DNA from: the human T2T-CHM13v2.0 reference genome, Homo sapiens
Direction: 5' to 3' (one strand)
Assembly: GCF_009914755.1 (NCBI RefSeq)
Contig: NC_060930.1
Length of the DNA: 64,000 bases
Part shown: positions 28,110-47,476 of the stretch, one piece after another
How positions within the stretch are numbered: the stretch's first letter is position 1
Layout of the letters: each line of letters starts with the position of its first letter
The notes under the pieces: generated by a model
What the model was told of the DNA's origin: nothing
Database searches by the model: none
Seen by the model: only the letters and a program-made list of their open reading frames with translations
Translations under genes and position numbers: made by a program

Positions 28110-31100
28110 ACAATTTTTTGCAAAAATAGTGACTATCACATACTTATAGATAACCAGACACACAAAGAAACAGGGTGATTGAGTCAAGAAACCTATACCA
28201 ATGACAAACAGCAGTAGAGCCACAGAAACCTCAGGTAATGAACTAATTATAAAAACCTTAGAGACTGTGCTGATATGGTTTGGCTCTCTGTCCCCACCCA
28301 AATCTCATCTTCAATAGTACTCCCATAATTCCCATGTATTGTGGGAAGGACCCATGGGAGATCATATGAGTCATGGGGGCAGTTTCCCCATACTGTTCTT
28401 GTGGTAGTGAATAGGTCTCATGAAATCTGATGGTCTATCAGGGGGTTCTGCTTTTGCATCCTCCTCATTTGCTCTTGCTGCTGCCATGTGAAAAGTGCCT
28501 TTCATCTCCCACCATGATTGTGAGGCCTCCCCAGCCATGTGGAACTGTAAGGCCAATTAAACCTCTTTTTTTCCCAGTCTCAGTTATGTCTTTATCAGCA
28601 GTGTGAAAATGGACTAATTCAGTAAATTGGTACCAGTAGAGTGGGGCACTGCTGAAAAGATACCCGAAAATGTGGAAGCAACTTTGCAACTGGGTAACAG
28701 GCAGAGGTTGGAAAAGTTTGGAGGGTTCAAAAGAAGATAGGGAAATGTGGGAAAGTTTGGAACTTCCTAGAGACTTGTTGAATGGTTTTTCCCAAAAGCC
28801 TGATAGCGATATGGACGATAAGGTTCAGTCTGAGGTGGTCTCAGATGGAGATGAAGAACTTGTTGGGAGCTGGAGCAAAGGTGACTCTTGTTATGTTTTA
28901 GCAAACAGACTGGCAGTATTTTGCCCCTGCACTAGAGATTTGTGGAACTTTGAGCTTGAGAAAGATGATTTAGAGTATCAGAAGAAATTTCTAAGCAGCA
29001 AAGCCTTCAAGAGGTGACTTGAGTGTTGTTAAAGGCATTCAGTTTTATAAGGGAAGCAGAGCATAAAAGTTCAGAAAGTTTGCAGCCTGACAATGGGATA
29101 GAAAAGAAAAACCCATTTACTGAAGAGGAATTCAAGCCAGCTCTAGAAATTTGCATAAGTTAATCACAAAGACAATGGGGAAAACATCTCCAGGGCATGT
29201 CAGAGGTCTTCAACGTAGCCTTTCCTGTCATAGGCCCAGAGGCTTAGAAGGAAATAGTGGTTTCGTGGATGGAGTCCAGGGTCCCTGTGCTGTGTGAAGT
29301 CTAGGTACTTGGTTCCCTGCATCTCAGCCACTCCAGCTGTGACTAAAAGGGGCCAAGGTACAGCTCAGGCTGTTGCTTCAGAAGGTGGAGGCCCCAAGCC
29401 TTGGCAGCTTCCACATGGTATTAAGCCTGCAGGTGCACAGAAGTCAAGAATTGAGGTTTGGGAGCCTCTGACTAGGTTTCGGAAGATGTATGGAAACACC
29501 TGGATGCCCAGGCAAAAGTTTGCTGCAGGGGCGAGGCCCTCATGGAGAGCCTCTGTTAGGGCAGTGCAGATTGGAAATGTGGGGTCGGAGACCCCACAGA
29601 GAGGCCCCACCGGGGCACCACCTAGTGGAGCTGTGCGAAGAAGGCCACTGTCTTCCAGACCCCAGAACCGTAGATCCACCAATAGCTTGCACCATGCACC
29701 TGGAAAAGCCACAGACATTCAATGACAGCCCACAAAAGCAACCAGGAGGGGGACTCTACCCTGCAAAGCCACAGGGGTGGAGCTGCCAAGACCATCGAAC
29801 CCATCTCTTGAATCAGTGTGACCTCGATGTGGGACCTGGAGTCAAAGGAGATAATTTTGGAGCTTGAAAATTTGACTGCCCTGCTGGATTTCAGACCCCT
29901 TTGTTTTGCCCAATTTCTCCCCTTTGGAATGACTATATTTACCCAATACCTGTAGCCCCATTGTATCTAGAAAGTAACCAGCTTGCTTTTGATTTTTCAG
30001 GATCATAGGCGGAAGGGACTTGCCTTGTCTCAGATGAGACTTTGGACTATGGACTTTTGGGTGAATGCTGAAATGAGTTAAGACTTTGGGGGACTGTTGG
30101 AAAGGCATGACTGGTTTTGAAATGTGAGGATGTGAGATTTGGAGGGGCCGGGGCAGAATGATATGGTTTGGTTGTGTCCCCACCCAAATCTCATCTTGAG
30201 TTGTACTCCCATAATTCCCACATGTTGTGGGAGGGACCCGGTGGGAGACATTTTGAATCATGGGGGCAGTTTCCTCCTTACTGTTCTCATGGTACTGAAT
30301 AAGTCTCATGAGATCTGATGGTTTTATCAGGGGTTTCTGCTTTTGCATCCTTCTCATTTTCTCTTGCCACCACCATATAAGAAGTACCTTTTCCCTCCCA
30401 CCATGATTCTGAGGCTTCCCCAGCCATGTGGAACTGTAAGTCCAATTGAAACTCTTTTTCTTCCCAGTCTCAGGTATGTCTTTATCAGCAGTATGAAAAT
30501 GGACTAATACGTGTGCTTACCTTAATAAAAATAAATAATAATCTTGAAAAAGTATCTTCAGATGACAGGAAACAGGTATAGACATAGGCAACTCCAAGAA
30601 GAACTAAAACTTGTAGAAATAAAAATCCATTAATGAATATTTTAAAATTTAATGAATATGTTTAGCTACATATTCATATTAGCTACATATTCTCTTTTAT
30701 CTAGATGCTACAAAGAAGAAAATTAGCAAACTGTTCTATCAGATGGAAGAAATCTTTCACAATGTAGCACAGAGACAAGGGGAAAATACAAAAGGAAGTA
30801 TAAGAGACATGAGAAATTGTAATATATGTTTGATTGGAGGACAAGAGGGAAGGGAAAGAATAATATAAAAATATCATTTGAATAGATAAAGCTGATAGCT
30901 TTTTAGATTTTGTAAAAACCATGAACCATGAAATCAAGAGGTTCAATGAATCCTCAGTGAGACAAATTCAAAGCAAAACAAATAGAATAAATCAATCAAA
31001 GGAAGTCATATCTAGATATATCACAGCGAAACTGCAGAAAACCAAAGACAAAGAAGAATCTTATAAGCAGTCAGAGAAAAAGACAATGCGATAAAGATGA

Positions 31101-32040
31101 TAGAGAATAGTTATTTTCAATATAATAAAGGAATTTTGTACCCAGTAAAAACAGCTTTCAATATAAGGACCAAAAAGACATTCTGAGTAAAACAAACAAA
31201 CAAAAAATGGAGAGAGGTTTGCACCAGCAGGACATTTCTAGAGAACTAAATAATGTTCTTTAGAAAGAAGACTGATCCCAGATGGAAGGTCAGAGATGTA
31301 AGAAGAAATAGCAATTGTTAAACAGCGGTAAATATGTGTATTAGTAAATGTAAAAGATTATGTATGAGCTGTATCGAAAAGAAATAACGAGGTCTAATGA
31401 AGTTTAAAAAAAAAACTAACAATAGACTTAAAGTGCTAGACAGCAATATCATGTAAGTCGGGAGGAAGTCTAAATGGAGCTTAAATGATCTAAGCTATTT
31501 ATTATATATAAAAGGGAAAGGAAGGTTTTGATTAATTTTAGATTTCCTAAATATGAATACTGTAATTTGTATAACAATCACAAAATCAAAATCAAAACTT
31601 TTAACTTTCAAATTTGTAAAAGGGAAAAATGAGTGATGAATTATATTAATTCAATCCAAAAGATGGTTAATAAAAAAAGAACAATAATAACATATAGACA
31701 TATGAGACAACTAGAAAGCAAAAATAAGACAATAGATCTAAATTCAATCATATCCAAAATTATTTTGAAGGAACTAAAGGGACTAAATTTCTCCACTAAG
31801 AGATAAAAAATCATTAGCCTGGAAGAATCTCCACATTCAACTATACACAATTTACCAGACACATATGGAAAATGTAAGAAAACAGGTTAGTACAAAAACA
31901 ATGGAGAAACGACAAATATGAACAAAATATTCTGATGAAGCTATAGTAATATTAGAAAATAGACTTTAAAACAGAAAACTATTTCTAGAGATAGAACACC
32001 ACTTTATGCTGATAAAATATTTAATTCACCAAGATGATAT
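28110..32040 (+). mobile_element. Old L1M fragment (ORF1 to endonuclease), split by the THE1 element
   Basis: ORF1-like atctagatatatcacagcgaaactgcagaaaaccaaagacaaagaagaatcttataagcag; EN-like gggactaaatttctccactaagagat; boundaries approximate. Confidence 0.7.
28271..30511 (+). mobile_element. Complete THE1A-like MaLR element: 5'LTR 28271-28621, internal 28622-30158, 3'LTR 30159-30511
   Basis: Two homologous ~350-bp LTRs; polypurine tract ggaggggccggggcagaa before the 3'LTR; perfect 5-bp TSD tgtgc; internal ORF remnant MWKQL...GRGWKSLEGSKEDREMWESLELPRDLL. Confidence 0.95.
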
Positions 32041-32044
32041 AATT

Positions 32045-32112
32045 GTGTATATATATACACACACACACGTGAACATATATATATACACACACACATACAT
32101 ATGCACGCACGT
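32045..32112. repeat. Compound (TA)n(CA)n microsatellite
   Basis: gtgtatatatatacacacacacacgtgaacatatatatatacacacacacatacatatgcacgcacg. Confidence 0.85.
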
Positions 32113-32685
32113 AATAACATATGTGGTGAAACTATGAAGAAAAGCTAAAAACTGATTACCAGAAGACTTCCTTCCAATTTACATGTTATCACAAAAGATG
32201 AGGGAGGGAGTTGTAATTAAGAAAACGTGCTCAGGAGGTTTCTGGAATGCTGGTATTGTTCTATTTCTTCCTTTGAGCAGTCTTCATATGTGTCAACATA
32301 TAGCTATTAGTAAAAATAGTACACATGCAGGTTTTATACAGTTTCTGCACTTATGGAAATTCTTGATTATTATTAAATTAAAAAGCAGAATGCATAGTAA
32401 CATATATACAGTCATCTCACTTTCATTTGATATCTCTGTATATATATATTTAAGTATAGATGTAATAAAATTATGTACACACTTTTTATTACTAATAGTA
32501 TCTGGATGGTGGTTTGATACTTTCTTTTTCTTTGAATGTTTTCCTATAATAAATATGCTACGTTACTTTTGTAATGAAAACATGAATTAAACACAGACAC
32601 GCCCAATTACTACCCAGAATAGAGTGAAGAGAGATTGGTAGAAAGATGTATGTCAACCTTGAAAATGAAAAATGAATAGCATTGT

Positions 32686-32862
32686 ATGAGATACAGATAC
32701 TCAATGAGAAGGGAATACTTGGAAAGCAGCAGTGCTGAAAAGGACTTCAGGGTGAGTGTGGACAGCAAATTAGATAGAAGCCTGCAGTATAATGTGCCAG
32801 GAATGAATGCCAATGCTATTTTCAGCTGCAAAAGCATGGGCACCATGGCACGAAACAAGGAC
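32686..32862 (+). mobile_element. Ancient CR1/L3 LINE ORF2 fragment
   Basis: Translation YLESSSAEKDFRVSVDSKLDRSLQY...NANAIFSC resembles the CR1 C-terminal motif LESSxxEKDLGVxVDxKLxMSQQC...KANxILGC. Confidence 0.8.
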
Positions 32863-33569
32863 AGGCAGCCTCTTTTATATATATTTGGAAAGTCTGACTG
32901 TAAGGCAACAATTATACGTCAAACTACTTTTAGCTTAAACTAAGTAAATGAAAAAAATAGCCACCATGACCTAAAAATGATTATGGAAGTCACCAATGCA
33001 ATAATTTTTCTATTCTTGCTTTGTAGAGAGCATAACCTCTTTTAATGCCAGCCTCCGATTTTACCAATGATGATGGTAAAAACATGTATGTTAGAAGAAT
33101 TTTCTTCAGGCTCTTTCTCAAAGTCGACATATCCCAATAGCTAAGATAGATATAAAAATTAGTCTACACAGGGAGCTCTGCCCTCAAGACTTCCACTTGG
33201 AGAAAGCAGACTCTAGGAATTATAAAAGTAGGTAAAATGAACCTTGACAGTTGCCTGGCCTCTGAAAGGAGATGCAATGCACAATATATTAAGGACTTTG
33301 TGAACTTGAGATGTCAAAGCAGCAGGCAGAATATGGCAGCAGATATCCAGGTGTCAGTTGATATTCAAAGTCAGGTGGACAATGCAGACTGCTCCTAAGT
33401 CTGCTGATGGCCAGCAGCTGGGTTGGTAGAGAGTAGAATCCATTTCCTTTGAACATGTTTGTTTGGCAAGAATTAGGCAATGAATTAAAACAAGTGGATG
33501 GACCTTAGGGCAGGACTTCAGATCCAGCAGGACATGGGGGTACTGTTTCATATCTAGTAAGAAATTGAG

Positions 33570-34045
33570 AGGCTTAGAAGGATATAGAAATCCCTCAGAT
33601 GGTAGAAATAAAAAGATCTTAATTAAAGGACTACTTATAGAGATATGGGCAGAGCCAATGGAAAAACAAAACAGAACAACAAAAAGTACATTGAGGTACT
33701 CAGACTATTGAGAGCAGGAAGCTGTTATCACTTTTAAAGTATAAGAGACAAAATAGTATTACCAGTGCCTGACGATGGCTGTAGATATGGAGCAGAGGCT
33801 GCCTCCCAGAGACTGAAGTTGTTGCTAGATCAGGGAAGGCGGGAGCAGGTAAGAAAGACTTTGATCTGTTTTTCCTTCTACCCTACTATCTTCTGGTGGT
33901 GACTTTTATTGGCCAAACCCAACCAAAAGCCAGAGGACAAGGGATACTGGGTGATGCAGTCCATAGGAATCTGCTGTCCAGAGCAAAGATGAGAAAAGAG
34001 AAAGGTGGGAAGAAAATATGGTGGCAATGGAGAGGGAAAACAGAG
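33570..34045 (-). mobile_element. ERVL solo LTR (LTR33/LTR41-like)
   Basis: attggccaaacccaaccaaaagccagaggacaaggg...tgatgcagtccatag; boundaries approximate. Confidence 0.65.
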
Positions 34046-35746
34046 TGACCAGCATGAACCCCATGCAAGGCACCCAAGGTAAAAGCCAATTATGCATAGT
34101 GGGTCAATATGACAGAGCATATTTCATTCAGTCAGTCCAAAAATAATTTAAAATTCCTCCTATATTGTCCTAGGCCCTCTACTAGTTGCCTGGGACACAA
34201 AAACAGCAAGTCTTGACCTTTTAATGAAGGCTTTGCAGTCTAGCATGGGAAGTGATGATAGGCATGTAAACAAGGGTACAGAGAAGGCAAAAGAGAAAAC
34301 CAATCAGTGATTCTTAAATTTGGAGGTCAGTAAAAAATGACATAGAACAAAGAATATTTGAATCTGGTAGATCACAAGTAAGAGGTGGAAGGTAATTTCT
34401 GGAAAAAGCAACATCACAAGATATGAAACAGCCTTGTGTATTTGGATAGATATCAGCTAGGTTTTGCTTAGAATTAGAAGCTATTCAGACACTAAACCCA
34501 TGGGTTTCCTTGGAGGGACTTCTCTGCCTTGGCTGAAATGCTACGGAAACACAGCAGTGCTGAGCTGAGTACATATAGATGGCATGTTGGTAATGGCATT
34601 TGGATAGGGTGAGGGAATACAGGAACACACTTGCTTCTGCTTTAGGATTTTCATTTTTCAGGAAAAGGTTAAGAAGAATTAGAATGGACAAAGGGATAAA
34701 TAGACTGAAATAAATAACACAACCAAAAAGAAAAATGTTCTAGGAAGTTTACAGGAGGGAACAGTAGGGAAGAACCTCAAACAGTTAGAAATCATAAAAA
34801 GATGGTCACTCTCTGAGGATTAAACTCATTTGGTCTAGATAGATAGCGTTTGTTTCATTTGACCTGTTTATTGACATATATAAGTAAAATATTTATAATA
34901 AATAAAGAAAGGAGAAAGAATGTGTGGTAGTCCCATCAGAAACACTGTTTACTTAGTTCATTTACTTACATAGTCAGTGATATTGATTCATCTTGGCAAA
35001 AGTTTACCAACAAAAGGAGGTGGCCAACATGGAATGATCGGGGCTAGCAAGGTGAGCATCTGTTTTACATACACAGAAGTTTCCAGGGAGCAATGGGACA
35101 GCATCTGGGAGGCATTGGGGCAGCATTCTTTGAAAGGAACAAAGAAATTCATCAGGTAGCACTGCTTTAATTTATGCTCATCACAAAGTCTTCTGAATAA
35201 TAACTGGTCTTTTTACATATCTTGAGAAAATGAAGCCTAGTTAGAAGATACATGTAAGCCCCTTTTTTGGAGAGGTTACCAGACAGAGATTCTCACTCAC
35301 TTATTTATCTCTTGTCAACATGCTTAATGGGATTCCTTCGTTGAGAGTTTGGTTTGCCACTGTACCTTTATAAAACAATTTCTTGACCCATAAGACAGAA
35401 GTTCTTCCCCTGGAATACAACAAAATTACAGATAATTCTGTCATTGAATATCTTGGCATCTTACTTAGTTTTTCCTGGCAACCATAAACCATCATTGCCT
35501 CCAGCCTTTGAGATTGGGTTAACTTGTCTACAGGAGAGAAAGTTAAGGTGTTAAGTAAAAATCATACCTCCAGGAACACTTCAATAAAATGACTCCAGGA
35601 AGTACATGGATAAAATATTTGATGGACGTGCAGCCACCCATGCTATGAAACACATTTAGTTCATGTCTAGTATAATTTCTACCTTCCATTATATTATGAA
35701 GGAGGCACTGTCGAATGGTAGAGGAATGGCAGTTTTCAAACTTTTA

Positions 35747-35846
35747 ACTTTTATTTTAGGTTTAACTTTCAACTTTTATTTTAAGGGTACATGTGCAGGT
35801 TTGTTATATAGGTAAATTCATGTCACAGGGGTTTGTTGTAAGATTA
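35747..35846 (-). mobile_element. Very short old L1PA 3' end
   Basis: gggtacatgtgcaggtttgttatataggtaaattcatgtcacagggg; 13-bp TSD tttcaaactttta (35734, 35847). Confidence 0.8.
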
Positions 35847-35965
35847 TTTCAAACTTTTATATATTTTTTTCGTTCATAGTAATTTTTTATTCAAACTAAA
35901 TCTTTACGGAAACTTGTCATGTGAAATATTTAGAGCAAAGTGCATGGTCAGAATCAGGAGAGAGT

Positions 35966-36250
35966 GGCTGGGCGCGGTGGCTCATGCCTGTAATCCCAGC
36001 ACTTTTGGGAGGCTGAGGCGAGCGGATCACTTGAGGTCAGGAGTTGGAGATCAGCCTGGCCAACATGGTGAAACCCCATCTCTACTATTAATAAAAATTC
36101 AAAAATTAGCCGGGTGTGGTGTTGCATGCCTGTAATCTTAGGTACTTGGGTGGCTGAGACAGGAGAATCACTTGAACCCGGGAGGCAGGGCTTGAAGTGA
36201 GCCAACATTGCAGCACTGGGGAGCCTGGGCTACAGAGTAAGTGAGACTCC
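35966..36250 (+). mobile_element. Alu (AluS-type) lacking a poly(A) tail
   Basis: Alu consensus through gtgagactcc, then unrelated sequence. Confidence 0.9.
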
Positions 36251-39200
36251 TGCTGGCTCAACTATTCTCAGGCCCCGCAGTACCCTCTGCACCCCAGAAG
36301 CCCCGGGCTCAGTTGGAGAACAGCTAGCAGAGCCAAGGAGCCTGGGAGGCAAAGTCAAGAAATGCAGGTTGTAATCCTGACCACACAGTCTTGAGAATGG
36401 TCCTGATGACTACTTTCTTATTTAATAGAAACAGCTGCCCTACTTACCTCTTGGCAAATAAGGAATCCATATTCATAAAAAAATGGCCATTGAATACTTT
36501 TAAGTGCATGAAGCTCCACGCAAACATGAAAAGGTACAACTTTTAAACTAAACTTACACTTGAAACACCCAAATCCCTTCATCACCCAATCACTTTCAAT
36601 GGCTTTGTTTAAAAGCCATTGATTTAAATTTTTTAAAAGAACACATAATTTTACACTCAGGGGTATAACACTTTTCTAAAAAAATAACCTTTATCTTTGC
36701 TGTGAGCTAGTAAAATCACAAGTCATTCATTCAAGAAATAATTATTGAACACACCACTTATTATTTGCCCCGCATTGTGGCAACACAGTAAAGTATATAC
36801 CCTTGCCTCGACTCTTGATCATGGCAGGGTAAAGGAGGAGGAAGGTAATAGAATTATAGAGAATGAAGCCATCAATTTACTGCTAAGTATTATAATGAGT
36901 CCTCATTATGTTCACCAGTCTCACCCCAAAACCTACATGTTAGGTGCCTTTCAGTGATCTCTTTTGTGTGATCTTATTTGGTTTTCATTCGATGAAGTGA
37001 GCCAGTTAACCTCCTTCCTCTCTTTTTTCTTTTTTTTTGTGCTAAAAAGTAGTTTTACCTAATTTTGTCCCCATTTATTTCTGGTAAAATTATCTAATTT
37101 TCCTTCATTACTTGGCTTTTATCATTTAGTAATATGGCTATATTATTTATGCCTTTTATTATGTCACCTCAAATACTGTTAATAAATACTCTTTACTAAT
37201 ATACTATCTTACTTTATATCATTAAATAGAATATTTAGTTTAGAATGTTACACCTAAAAGGGAAACAATCACTTCAAGTATCATTGGCCTGGACCTAGTC
37301 TTATTTCCATTTAGACTAAGTCAACGAGGGGAAGCAGCAAAACAAACAGCAGCATCTTCTTTATATTAAACTCAAACTCAGGATTGTACTCAGACTGATT
37401 TGCTAAGGGTACATAGTGATATCTGTAAGTCAAGTCTTGAATATTAGAATTTTGTCTTGGTCTGGATTAAGACATTACTCAATCATTAACAAAGAAGCCA
37501 ACAACTATGATACACAAACACTTGCTGCAAATATAAGCCACCATGTTCCAGGAAGGCAGGTGGGAATTAGTCCACAGGGGTTCCTCAATTCTTGGAAGCC
37601 TAAGGTTGGCCTCTGGGACCATCAAATAAACATAGAATGTATCTTATCTTTCTCTGCCAATTTTCTTTTTTGTTAGATCACTAGGTATGATAATACTGGC
37701 TTGAAAGATAATTGAATCTAGGAAGTATATCTCCCATTTTTCAACACATTTTTCTTCAGAAAAACAATGGCATAACCCTTAATGCATTTTCACCCTACAA
37801 GTTTCCAGAGTTTCAATTGCAGCATTTACCTTGCTTGATTCAGTACTGCAGAAAAAAATCCCATTCTGGTTGGCAATTGCAGCTGTCCTGCACCAGGAAT
37901 GTTTTTTTTTCTTGGGACATTCTGACATGACAGTAAAGTGGACTTCAATTAATGAGAAGTGTTAAGGTTGCTTTTGATAGACATGTATTTGAGGATGGCT
38001 TAGATGCTGGAGAAATGGAAGTACCTGCCATATTATTATTCTACCATGTGCTAGATAAATTGATGTCACTCCCATGTCCCTCCCTGCTTAGCTATTCAAT
38101 CCTGATTCACTATCTGACTCAAGAAGTAAAAAGCAAGAGCAGCACATATTGAACAACAGGAGGCATATTTACAAATCTTTCCATTTAAAAAATCTAAACT
38201 AGCATATCAGCTACTCTCAAGATAAACAAGATTACTAAAATGGGTCCATATGCATCTCACCCTCAGTAAAATTGTTATGTAACAGTACTCTTTCTCATTC
38301 CTAAACTTCAGTAACCACTTGAGGAAACTCATTTGCAGTAAAAAGTGCAAGAGACGGAGGTGGATTCCAAAGAAGATGTAGAACCTTAAGGAGTCAGGAA
38401 AATTACTAGCAGTGTTGGACAGTGCTATATAATAAAAAGTACACACTAGTCAATGCTACCTCAAATGCTTGACATAAAATTCACCTCTTACTTCTCATGC
38501 CAAGATAGCTATCTTTTCCACCTCCTTTAAAAGGTCTAGCAAAACCAGTTAGTGAGACAATGTCTCACTTCATTAGAAAGGTCTGACACAGTAGGTCCAT
38601 GTCAAAGCTCTAAAAGAAGAACAGAGAAGGAAATAAATAGGCAAGAAAATTAAAACTAAAGAATTACATACATAAAAATAGGCACATTAAAATATCTAAG
38701 CTAAAAACAACCAAAAGTTAAGACTTTTCTTGCTCAAAGAACTCTAGCAATCATAAAAGCCACCAATAAGTCAATGTTTAAAAATGTTGACTATGGGTAC
38801 TTTAGACAATGGCAAAGATGCCAAGGAGACACAGTTCTATCCCCCAGTGAGTCAAAACTCTAGAAAAGATGACATACAGAATGAGTGTCAAATAAATGAT
38901 TCACTCATTAAAGAGCTAAAGTGGAAGAGATGTTAAAATACAATGAGTTCTTCCTCATCCAATGAGAGAGTAAGATGAAGGAGGCCCAGGGACAAGACAT
39001 CTAGCAGGTTAAGAGGCAGGAGCTGGACTGGACTCCAAGTCGTCTGACTCTAAGCCTCTAAGCATAAGCATGGGAATATTTTCACATCATTGGCCAGTGT
39101 TTTTCAAAAGAGGTGACTGTCACCAAAGTAGCATGACTACAACTGATATGGTTAAGAAATAGCTCCAACTAAACATTCCAGATGTCATAATAAGGTCCTT

Positions 39201-39699
39201 TCTCTTACAGCAATGGAATTATTTTAGGAAGGATTTTGATGTGTTTGATGATCCTGAGTAAAATAAGTCCTGTGGCAACATATTAGAGACATTTCTAATA
39301 CTGTAAAGTAATCATTATAAAGAACTTTAGCCAAGCATTAAGTCTTAGTGGGCCCACTATATCCTAAACACTGTGCTGGTTCACGCTTTGGGAAATAGAC
39401 GTGCACAACGCAGAGGTCAGAAGAGCTATGTCTTCTCAAAACTACTGACCCACAGAATCCATGAACATAATAAAGTGGTTGTTTTATCCTACTAAATTTT
39501 GTGGTGTTTGTCATAGATAACTAGAAATCTCCAACATAGTTAACTAGGTATCTAGTCACAGATAATTAGAACAGACTCCAACCTAAAACAATTATCTGAC
39601 CCAGAAAGAACCATAATATTTCAACTTATCAATTTCTTACCATAGTGATGTTAGGAAATAATATTGCCATTTCCTTTATTGTTTGGTTTAGTTTATGTG

Positions 39700-40045
39700 A
39701 AAGAGACAAGTGATGCTCATAAAACAATCCATTTGCCCATCTGTGTTTTCTATACTCCGTGCTGTTGGCTAGCCAATAGAATGTATAAGAAGTAACTGCA
39801 TCACTTCTGAGGTAAGGCTGTTACAAATAGGTATGAATTCTCTATTTTCTCTTTTGCCTGCATGGCCTTGAGCACAAACTCTGAGGATTCATGGTTACAA
39901 GATGGAGGCATCCTGGATCCCTGAGTCTCTGTTGGAACAGAGGTGGCAAAGAGGTCTTCCTGACCCACATCAAACTGAGAGACAAACAAGAAATATATCT
40001 TTGTTATGTTAACATGATCAAGGCATTATTTGTTATTACAGCATA
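39700..40045 (+). mobile_element. Old MLT1 (MLT1J/K-like) LTR fragment
   Basis: aagatggaggcatcctggatccctgagtc...ttgttattacagcatagtctagtctagctgac. Confidence 0.6.
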
Positions 40046-40079
40046 GTCTAGTCTAGCTGACCCTGACCCGCACAATTTT

Positions 40080-43980
<3,901 letters not shown>

Positions 43981-44412
43981 TTAAATGAGTCTCAGTTTGG
44001 AAAAATGAGTGAAAATCTGTATCTGAAAGGCTTGTTTTTACTTGCAAAAAACGAGTCATCACTGTGTCCTGTGGTGTCAAGCTGACTGAAGTGAGACTTT
44101 TACACATAACGCAGACTCAGAATGGACAAAAAAATAATAGTGATCCGAGGCTACTACTGTTCCTGGCAACTATCCATAGAATATCAGCAAAGCACAGAAA
44201 GAGCCAGCTTGGCATCTGTGTGTAATATTAGCCCATATTTCTTCTTCCAGAAAGAGGAAACACATCCACATAAAGCAAATGAGGTGAAAAAAAGGCTGAC
44301 AATGAGTTATAAATTAAATTAGTGCCATTCTCATTGGTATGTGCTTAGAGAGAGAAAGGATGTTAGGCTAGCACTAAATGAGGTCCTTTCAAGTATTTTT
44401 TTAAAAAATTAT

Positions 44413-44708
<296 letters not shown>

Positions 44709-46068
44709 TTATTAGAATTTTGGAATTCTTTCTGAATACTTCTCTACAGAGACTGCATGCACCTCTAATAATCTTTTTTTCTAAACCCCAATCTGAGACA
44801 TACAATTTGACACATATAATTTTTTTTATGAGAACACCAGGACAAAGTATAAAAATTGTCACTGGCTTAAAAAATGTGGGATATTTAGGTACAGTATATA
44901 TGCCTCTGAAATGACTTTGAGAATATTAAGTGGATGAATGACAAGACAAAAAGAACAAGGAGATGCAGTACAGAGGCAAGATAGGCAGTCGAAGAGAAGA
45001 CAGCTAAGCCAGTTCAGTGTGAGGAACAAACAGTATCAGCGACACACCCAGCTTCAGGGATGATACTGATAAGCATGAATGGTTTGAGTATTGACACATA
45101 ATGGAGTAAATAAATATTCACTATCTCAAAGAAGTCATCTTAGGAAGACAGGAATAGAAATAGAGGTTTACTAGAAGAGTTGGGCTTCTTTCCCTTATAC
45201 CCAGCTAACTTAGGGATTATGCAGTTTTGACACCATGTAAACTGTAATTCATCAAAAACTGGTTTCAACCATTATCGTGTATACCACCAGCAGATATATA
45301 TGTGGCAAACACAACGTATTTATGCTCAACTTCACATTCCACCTCACCACCTTCATAGCAATATGCTTTTATGTCTCACAGCTTTGTGTATCTGAGGCTC
45401 TGTATGCAAAGCTGTGATTTTTCTATTCTAAGCCTCTCTGTCTCTCTCTTTCTATCTCTGAAGGCATTAGAAGGCAACAAAGGAGACTATAGATTAGAGA
45501 TTTGAGGATAACATATACTTTAAAGATTTTTATAAAGGATTAAATACTAACTTCAAAGATGAAACAAATTGTATTTTGAAATCTTCAAATTGTAAGGCTG
45601 AAGATTCCAAATCCTTTATTTTATATATGAAGGACTTAAGGCAAAGGGATGTCACAGAACTGCCCAATATAACACACAGAGTTAGTAGAAATGCTGGGAT
45701 GAAAACCTAGCAGAGTGTTCCTTTTATTTCACCAGTTCTCAATCTTGGCCTCTTTTCTACTACAATCATTTTAAAAATAAAACAAAACACAACCAAACAA
45801 ATGCCCCCTTTATGGAGCAAAAATCTTAAAGTATATGTTCTTAGGTCTTCTGTTGGTATGTTTTCAGAAATAGCAGAAATGATCCTTTCAGAAGATTTTA
45901 AGGACTTGAATTGCAGAAATACTTCAGAGGGACCATTAAGCAGTCTTCCTAAAGTCTGCACCTACACTGTGAAGGGTTTATTTATGATTCTAAAAGTCAC
46001 TGGGAGAGGTGCAAAGTGTGTGTTGAAGGGTCTAGACTTTTCCCTCACTGTGGCTTTTAGCATTCCAG

Positions 46069-47476
<1,408 letters not shown>

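Noticed and set aside
28670-30357. Several 115-171 aa ORFs on both strands
   Set aside because: All lie within the THE1 internal region or LTR; they are decayed MaLR ORF remnants or GC-rich chance ORFs.
33451-33460. p53 half-site GAACATGTTT (PTCHD4 is a reported p53 target)
   Set aside because: Only one half-site, with no adjacent second decamer; I found no convincing full response element by eye.
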